Source of the DNA: the human T2T-CHM13v2.0 reference genome, Homo sapiens
Direction: 5' to 3' (one strand)
DNA length: 64,000 nt
Assembly (NCBI RefSeq): GCF_009914755.1
Contig: NC_060936.1
Part shown: positions 54,985-64,000 of the stretch, in pieces
Position numbering within the stretch: position 1 is the stretch's first letter
How the letters are laid out: each line of letters opens with the position of its first letter
Program-made: the position numbers and the translations under genes
The notes under the pieces: generated by a model
Seen by the model: only the letters and a program-made list of their open reading frames with translations
Database searches by the model: none
Told to the model about the DNA's origin: nothing

Positions 54985-55160
54985 ATTGCAGTGTTTCTTG
55001 TGTGTTCCCCAGGAAATCAGCATCTCCATCACCTGGAACTTGTTAGACGTGTACTCTCTGCTCCACCCTAGTAGCACCAAATCAGAAACTCTGGGGCTGG
55101 AGTCCAGAAACCTGTTGTTGTAATCCCTCTGAGTGATCCTCAGGCAGCCAGGAACTGTTG
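54985..55160. mobile_element. MER5A-like element
   Basis: cagcatctccatcacctggaacttgttaga...aatcagaaactctggggctgg..ccagaaacctg. Confidence 0.7.
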
Positions 55161-56308
55161 CTTCATTGTAAATTATCTGTGCCTCTAGAACTCAGATATT
55201 ATAAGAAAAATGGTGGAAATGTCCATTTAGTATCAGAATGAATAATCAAAAGTGACTTTAATATCAAAAAATGTTCAGTCTTGTTCTAAACATATTTTTA
55301 CATGAATGTACATTCAGCGAGTGATCTAGGGCATACATGATTGCAAAATCTTCATAGGTGTTAATGCCATAGTTCCAGAATGACTTTAAAAGGGCATATA
55401 TTACTGCACGAGCGATGAATCATAGCTTCTGCAGTTAATGGTGGTATTTAACAAAACAAAATAAAGATGATTCTTTTCTTCTTAAGCAAGCATGGTCATT
55501 ATATTGGAAGAATGTTTTTCTTGTACCATCATCTTCTAAAGGATCATGTCTGCTGATAGTGCTGGAATTTTTCATTTATTTGTGCCTGACATTGCACCAG
55601 TAATATTGCAGCTATGATAATACATGTCCAAAGGTGACGTGTTTACATAGCCTATAAGGTTTCTGAAATGCAGTCTGATTTGCTGCTAACACCAGCATAT
55701 CTCAGATTCTTTCCGTTGTCCTCCACGAGTAATCCAATATACAAGGAAGGATAAAAGAGTAAACACTTTTGTGATAATCCAAATTTTTCCAGTGGAATTT
55801 TAAACAGTTTGACAATTCAGTCTTGTTAAAAAGTGATATAAAATAAATGCTTCTTTGCAAACAATTGTCCAACAAATATTTTAATTCTGTCTCATATTCT
55901 CACAGTGGATTGTTTTCTGAGTCTTTCAGTGGAATTCTTTCAAATTAGAGCTCAATGATCTTCTTTATATTTTATCCAAAGTTTAAAATACATGAACCTG
56001 TCTCTACTTACTTGAACAATGGCCTCTATTATGGTGTCTTTTTCTTTAAATCCAAATATTATACTCAGCATTTTAGGAATTCTCTATCCCAAATACAGCC
56101 AATTAAATTGTCTATAAGTTATTCAGAGCCTTAGAAAATGAAATGAAATGGGAGTTTGTACTTTGAAATGAGTTCAAAAATGTGTACCATTTGTCAATGC
56201 TAATCTCTGTCGAATAGGCCTCATTATCTTCTGGTTCTGCGGCTAACAGATGAAATAATCTGACACAGACTTCTTTAACAGAGATATTTCTTCCTAGGAG
56301 AAGTCTGG

Positions 56309-56408
56309 CCTAGGAGGTGGAGGATGCAGCGCACCAAGATCGCACCACTGTACTCCAGGATGGGCACCAGAGTGAGACCTTGTCTCAAAAAAAAAAAAAA
56401 AAAAAAAA
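56309..56408 (+). mobile_element. Alu 3' fragment (end of right arm plus A tail)
   Basis: ggaggtggaggatgcag..ccaagatcgcaccactgtactccag...gtgagaccttgtctc followed by an A run. Confidence 0.88.
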
Positions 56409-56772
56409 TGGTCCCCAGTGTGGGAGATGGGGCCTGGTGGAAGGTGTGTGGGTCGGGTCATGAGAGTGGATCCTTCATGAGGTGCTTGGTGCAGTCTTCA
56501 CTGTAATGAGTCAGTTCATACAAGATCTGGTTGTTTAGAAGAGTGTGACACCCTTCCCATCTCTCTCTTGCTCCCTCTCTTGCCACGTGGCACATCTGCT
56601 CCTCCTTTGCCTTCTGCCATGATTGGAAGCTTCCTAAAACCCTCACCAGAAGCAGATGCCAGCACCATGCTTCTTGTAGAGCCTGCAGAACCATAAGCCA
56701 AATAAACCTCTTTTCTTTATAAATTACCCAGCCTCAAGTATTCCTTTATAGCCATGCAAAACTGAGACAACA
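56409..56772 (+). mobile_element. MST-type LTR lacking its 5' end
   Basis: ccccagtgtgggagatggggcctggtgg...cttctgccatgattggaagcttcc...aaataaacctcttttctttataaattacccagcctc. Confidence 0.88.
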
Positions 56773-59439
56773 CACATATAAAAAGTTCATCCCCCAAACA
56801 TTTAGGTGTTCCTCATCCTAAAGGACCTCAGTTATGGTGTCATCACCTTGTTGGCCAAGTGAAAAGTTTGGAGATGTTTGATCACCTCACGGGTAGTTCA
56901 GATGTCATGAGGGCATGGAGTTTCCATTGGGAACAAAGGGAAGAGAAGGTGTTTTGGAAGAAAGAGGTTAATTCTCAGCCTGGAGCATGTGAGGAAAGGC
57001 AGGAGATAGGGACGGAGGTGCAGGTTTTGCGCAGGCAGGGTCAAGTGTAAGGATCCAAACTAGGGCAGAGGCTAGAAAATGAGTGAAGGGGGTGGGAGGA
57101 GAAAAAGGAGCTCCAGACTCTCTCTTGTCCTTGCCAGTAACTGGTAATGAGTGGGTCCCCCTCCTTCACTGGGGAATACCCCTTGGCAGGACATTCCTCC
57201 AACCCCCTAGACGAGAAACGTTCCTATTTTCTTTTCTCCTCAGCTTCCAGTGAGAATGTTTCCAGATGGGAACACCGTAATGCATGGGATTATTTCACAG
57301 ACAGGACAAGGTTGTACCAGACAGGCTGGGGTCAGGAGGTGTCATGATCCCATCTCACAGAAAACACACTCCAATAAGCAACCAAAGAAGTAATTTGAAT
57401 TAATTCATAGTTTTATCCAGTCCCTCTAAAACAGTTCAAAATGGGACTGGGGAAGAGAAAGTGCATTTTCATGTCATAGAAAAGCAGCAAAACGTTGTAC
57501 AAATTCATTCTCCCTTAACTTCACCACTTTTTGTATCCACCACTCCTGTATCTTCTGAAGCTTTCTCTCATTTTTCAACTCCCAACCTTAATTCCCATTC
57601 TCTTCCCAATATAAATATACTAGCTTCTCCAGGTCACCCCCAGTTATTTACTTACACCAAACTTCATAATAAGGTCTAGGTGAATGTGTGATTGCGTGGC
57701 GGGAGGACATTTTGATTTGTCTTCTGTCTTCCCCCGCCAGAGTGTAAACTCGTTGGTGGGTTAGAGACTTCACTCCCTTCTGCCTGGAGCAACACCTGGC
57801 TTGTACTGAGTACTCAGTGACATTCATTAATCAATGAATATGCTTATATTTTGTATCCATGTTCCCTAAGGGGTAATTACATTGTTTGTAGCTGCACTTA
57901 CCAACCTTATACTGGGAATTACTCTGTATATTAAAAGGCAAAGCATTGAATAGTGAGAGAAATTTGTTTTCTTCTGTCTCCATTTAATGATTTGTCCGGG
58001 GCCCTTTATATCTTTGCAAATCCAGTTTCTCTATCTGTTATTGGAAACAATAACACACCTGAGAGACCATCTAAGACCTAACATACAGAACTTTGAGCTT
58101 TTCACAGTAAAAGTCAGTGGCATTATATTGTTGTCTCACTGCTTTTAATGTTAATAGAGACCAGCTAAGAATGATGACTTGAGTCTTCAAAATGAATATT
58201 CAAACTTAAAATGTCTTTCTCTAGTCTAGATAGTACTTCCAAGGAAAGCTTTTTTCAGATGATTTTACTTCGGTACCAATGGCCTCTCTCCTCTGTATAG
58301 CATGTGCATAGAAGGGTAAACTAACTGATGAAATATTTTATCACTTGGTCTAACCAGGGGATAGGACAATGTACTCATAGTCAAATTGAGCACAAAGGAA
58401 GGCACGCATCTGGGCACCACATCCAAAGAAAGCCTCACTGTTAAATATATATTTGTGTGCATCTCAAAACATAAAAAGTCAGTATTTTTAAAATACATTT
58501 CAATAGCTAGAAAATGTCTAAGGAGAACGTGTCTTCTCCAGAACAAAGAACTATCTCCTTTTCGCTCTCTGCCCTCAGAGAAAATAAGATGACCAAAAAG
58601 ATTTGAGTTTCCATAGCCTCAGCAGTTGCAGGTAGGAAGCTGAATAGAAACAACTTTTCACCAATGGAAATGATCTGGTGGTAAGTGCCTCATTGGCCCA
58701 CTGGAAATTTGTTTTCAGAAACTAAAATCAATGGGAAATCCTTAACCTGGGAAGGCTCTGAGCTTTAGCAGCTTCGATAGCAGAGCTGGTAGCATGCTAA
58801 AAAAGGTCATGGAAGTAAACCATACATCAGGGAGCACATTTATTATAACGAGATTAGGGACCACATTTATTATAATGGGATTTATTAGAACAGGATATTA
58901 CAATTATAATTGCAATTAGGGATTACAATTGTTGCTAACAATTGTAAGCATAGAATGGCTCTATCTAAGTTCAAAAGAAATTAGGAAAATTCTCAGGACA
59001 CCTCTGGGAGGAGCAGGAAGCATTCCCTATGCTAGACATTCCTGATCATGCCATCAGAAAGTGGAGTGGTCTAGAGTCTTTGATAAAGAAAGGTCAGAGA
59101 TCACCAGGACATTTGACTTGGTTCACCTCCGCCTGCCAGAAGACTCCCAGAGAACACTTTTTCTTCTCTCCCTGATCAACTGAAAGAGTGTAGCAGCAGG
59201 AAAATAGCATCTTACTATAAAACAGATAAGGATTTCTATCCTATACTCCCAGAAGAATGGTTAATGGGTGGTTAAATTGTTACTGATTTAATTCAGTACG
59301 CTCCTGCAACAGAATATGTACTTAGCAGGCTGGTGAATTAGAAACTGCTCTTCATTAAGGTGACAGTGAGTAAGCCTACTTGAAGCTTTTCTCTGTTGTC
59401 AAAATGATAACGATATAATCGTTATTATACATAGAGAAG

Positions 59440-59990
59440 GAATAATGGTAGAGCGCATGGGTCATGGAATCAGTGCCTGCTTTTAATTCCTGATGCCATA
59501 GCCTACAGGCTCTCTGGTTCCCAAGCAAGTTACTTAACCTCTGTATGTTTTAGTTTGTTCAACTGTAAAATAAAGATAACCACAACAGCAACAGCAAGTA
59601 GTTTATAGTGTTTATTATGAAGTGTCATGCCAAGCCTTATCTTAGTGTTTCGTCTTCATTGACTAATTTACTGCTTTCAACAACCCTATGAGGTGGGTAC
59701 TTTTGTTACATGACTCCTGAATCTTTTCTCCTCTACTCCAGTGAGTCCCTAGAAATACTAGATAAACATGAAGGATGCTGATGTGCTTTATGAGCATTAT
59801 TTCATTTAATCCTCACAACACTGTGATGCAGAGGGTGCTCTTATTTTACTCATTTGTCACTTGAGATGACTGAGGCACAGAAGGGTTAAGTAACTTACCC
59901 AAAGACAGGAAGTGGTGGTGTTGAGAATTATAGGCCGTCAGACCTATAATGGTATAAATGGTCTAAATGGTATAAATACCATGTTCTTGA
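59440..59990. mobile_element. Cluster of MIR fragments (one +, two -)
   Basis: gcaagttacttaacctct (+); aacaaccctatgaggtggg and actgaggcacagaagggttaagtaactt (-). Confidence 0.7.
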
Positions 59991-61874
59991 TTATAATACA
60001 TCCTATCAGAGTTTCCCTCATTTGTTAAAAGGGGGATGAAACCAACTCAAATCACATGTTTGTGAATGGGAAGCATTTAGAAAGGATGACTGAAGGGCTA
60101 CCTTCAAGGCTTGCATCAAAATAAACAGAACTGATAGACACAATCGAAGCTCTGGCTTTAATTTTGTTGTTGTTGGTTTCTTTTTCCATGGTACAGGATT
60201 TTATGATGACGTTTCCATGAGAAAAGGGATCATGTGGTCATGTAAAGTAATCAACAAAAAGAATGTAGGAAAGGGTACTGGTAAGTCATATGAGGAAATC
60301 GCTCACAAGATGTTTGTCTCTGTACTGACATGAAATTCCCCCGAATGTTCTGTTTCACAATCTACAAGATGGAAGAAAGTTGCCTCTAGAGGACGCCAAA
60401 GTGATCATGGCACTTTTTAAATTTTTTTTTTTATTTTTTAATCTTCCTTGTTTCTGTAGATGTGGCATAGACTCCCTGCATTTCTGAGGGTTTCTGGATG
60501 ATCCTTAAAAATCCCCTCAGGGCTTTTGTCTGGTTTGGAGTGTGAGCCAGGGTCACCCAGAAAGCTAAATGCAGCTGCTGGGTGATAAAAGTCCTGTGGT
60601 AAACTGACTTCCAGCTAACCACAGGCGGCAGAGAGCATCTAATGCAACCACAAAGTGGTTTGCTGGCACAGAACTTCCCCAACCCTTGGAATGAGATACC
60701 AGGGGATGTTGTTTAGTCTCCATCTTGGAACTCTTTCTTGTAGCAAGAGGAAAATTCTGATATCCATCAGTCTGAAACCATTTGAACACAGCTTTATGTG
60801 GAGATGAACATGTTGTCTGTGGGATCTCACAACCCCAAGTCCTATGATCTTAGAGGAGATGCTTAAACAGTTAATTATAAAACAGGCCGGCATAAACATG
60901 CTGCTGCGGATTGACAAACTGTAGTAGAATATCAGAACTCCTTGGAATATGACAGAGTTATTTTTCCAAAAATACGAAATTAAATTTTAACACAAAATTT
61001 TAAGCTCTTGGTGAACCTCCGGAGTCTTCAGTTATGCATGCCACCCCGAACATGCTGTCAGCTCAACCTGCAGTCCTTCCAACGGACATCCTCTGTGAAG
61101 GTCACTCTGTGGAACTTGCATAGAACCACTGGCTTGTTGCAATCAGGTGGCTGCTTTGAGGACCTTGTTCTGAAGAAATTGAAAAGGACAGCATTAAGAC
61201 CTTGAGTTTTTTCTTGAAAATATTGCCACTGCTTATTCTTCAGCACTGCCTTTAAGCTAGAAATGGATGTACTTAATGGCTGGTATTCACTGAAAAATGA
61301 AAACTATGTAAAGTTTTTAAAAACTTTAATGGAGAGGGATGAGGCTGTTGCTGTAGCTCTTCAGTGGCCTTGGTTGTGTCCATTTTTTTTTTTTTTTTTT
61401 GAGGACTTGGAGCAAAAGCCTATTCCATGCTCATTCCATGATTCCTGCTAGGTCTTTCTTCTCCAGACACTGGTAACCTAGAACGGAATGGCCCAACTGT
61501 CTACATTCTGTGGGCTATAGCAAATGCATGAACTCTGCTTTCAAGGAGAAGAAGATTCTGGCGTGGGGCTTTTAAATTGCCTCCAGGGGTTTTCTAAGTT
61601 GCTCTGTATTAAAATGTTCACAGTTTTGGGTAATGCTGTTGGAATTGGGAACTGAGTAGTGCCATCCAAAACCCTGGGCCCTGTACGGCCACAACACACT
61701 GTTTTATCTCCCACTCTCATACCTAATTTCAAGCCATCAAAGCATGATAAAGCTTATGAGTAGAATTCTCTGCCATTGGCTCAGCTCCAGGTCCTATGGC
61801 AGGTGCACGAAGAAAGCGGAACAATCAACATTCTCTGTTCTTTCTTTGATTCCTTCAGTGTAAGAGGTAAGGCT

Positions 61875-62201
<327 letters not shown>

Positions 62202-63689
62202 TTATAGCTAGCTAAGGCATGCGGGACTTCACTCCCTTTCATGGACACAGTTCTCATGCAACCCTGGTATTCCTTAGCACCTGGGAGGAAACTGATCTGT
62301 AGCCACCTGAAGATGCTTTGGGGAGTGAGCCCAACCTGATCCCCAAGGGAGGCCATTAGGATGCTTCTGTCTCCCAATGGAGCTAAATAAATGACGCGTG
62401 TAAACCACCTAGCACTCACCCCAATGTAGGTGATAACTCTTCTAAAAGCAATGCTAGCAAAAGCCTGATGCTGCTAAGATAAAATCCTGTAGCCACAAGA
62501 ATGCCTTTCAATTCCTTTGTCTCCAGAAAAAGCAGTTCCCTGATTTCATGTGCTAACTACAGGATGATCTTAGAATCCCCAAATTAGACCTCTTTAAAAA
62601 TCTCAGTATTAATCTTGCATGTGCTTAGGCCTAAACAAGATGGAGATAGCAGGTGAATAATCATTACATTGAAGCTAAGAGTTTTGAGGATTCTACAAGG
62701 AAGATAATTATTACTTGCTATTATAGGCATTGAGATTTCTGGATTCTCATTTCTGATAGCTAACAGCCATCATCATAATGTGGTGTGAATTTTGGACACT
62801 TAGAACCTATTTTTAAGGCCTACTTTAAACATTGAAAATAAGAATATACCATGCAACAGATTTGCGAACTACTGCCAAAGGAAATATAATCCATTCTTTA
62901 GAGACAAGAAATAAATTAGTCAAGTTCACTTTACGGATACCATACAATCTATGAAGACACATTCTCCTTTTTATTTTTCTGTGAAATTCCAAGGATATTC
63001 TGTCACTTGACTAGATAAAGCCCAATTTCCAACCATTACCTTTTTTAAAACCATGTTCTAAATTCTTCACAACTTTGGGCCTACCTGTCTCTGTTTATTC
63101 TCAATTTTAAAATGTCACTGAAATGCTAAACATCAGCACTGGAAAGAACAGTTAGAAACTTGTAGTCTCATCCTTTCATTTCATAAATGAAACAGAGACT
63201 TAGAGAAGTGAAATTTCATTAGGTTAGGTAATGGCAAAACTGGAATGAAAACCCAGACTTCCTGCCCCCAGTCCAACAAAATTCAGATCCAAATATTACA
63301 AATGACACGTGATCTTCTCTGAGATATGACTTGCTGCTGCAAGATTCCAGGCAGAGAGCATCAAACGCAGCTACAAGGAAAAGGAACAGGGCAGGAAAGA
63401 GGAAGATTTGGGATCTCTGAGGCAAGCCTTCTATGCTTCCTCTAAATATTGGCTCTGGGACAAAGCCACGTTGTGCTACCCAAGAAATGGCTCTGAAAGT
63501 TCAAATATTGAGGTAGGAGTTTTCTTACGTCCATGTGTGATACCATGGAAGTTATTACAATTAAACCTAATGGGAGTAGATATTAATCCTTAAGAAAAAT
63601 ATTTTTTGAAGGCAAGTTTCCTGAAGCATTGTGATATAGACTTAGGCTGCGCTTATAAATTAATGCAGATCTGATGGCTGTCACTACTC

Positions 63690-63830
63690 ATCCATTCATT
63701 TATTTCCTCACTGATTTATCCAGCAAATATGTATTGAGTGCCTAGGACATGTCAGGTCATAAAGTGGTGAGCAGGAGAGACACAGCCCGGGCTCCCGAGA
63801 ACTTATAATTTAGTGGCCATGGCAGACACT
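63690..63830 (-). mobile_element. L2 3' end
   Basis: cattcatttatt...cagcaaatatgtattgagtgccta. Confidence 0.65.
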
Positions 63831-64000
63831 GAACAAGCATTTATAATCAATTATGGAGGGGCACACCACAGAGCTTCACCAGGAGCTAAAACCCTGGATA
63901 GACATTCTAGCTCAGTGCATCTTGTGGATGGTATTTTGAGGAGTGGTGGGGCATTTGGGGTTGTTAGAAGGCTGGAAAGATGCTACCGGGCTCCACATTT

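Noticed and set aside
59946-59978. 9-bp unit (aatggtata) x3
   Set aside because: A short slippage repeat within MIR-derived DNA with no further structure.

Overview
AT-rich, repeat-dense primate genomic DNA (human or ape: AluY/S/J, L1PA3/4-like, L1PB, THE1/MST/MLT1, MIR, L2, MER). Positions 1 to ~25,500 look like the long last intron of a + strand protein-coding gene. Its terminal coding exon (25513-25623, LDQVIRQRSLSSLELFLSCAQKQLSALIATEPVDIE*) is too short for the ORF track and is followed by a ~1 kb AU-rich 3'UTR with three AATAAA signals; I cannot name the gene. The rest is intergenic and contains an RPL29 processed pseudogene with a 15-bp TSD. The ORF-track entries are L1, Alu, LTR or pseudogene remnants or chance ORFs. 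I see no evidence of a new multi-gene system. The notable observations are mutational and retrotransposition signatures (nested twin-primed L1, template-switch palindromes, a stuttered L1 tail) and candidate cryptic exons. Repeat subfamily calls come from my recall of consensus sequences, and boundaries of old repeats are approximate.
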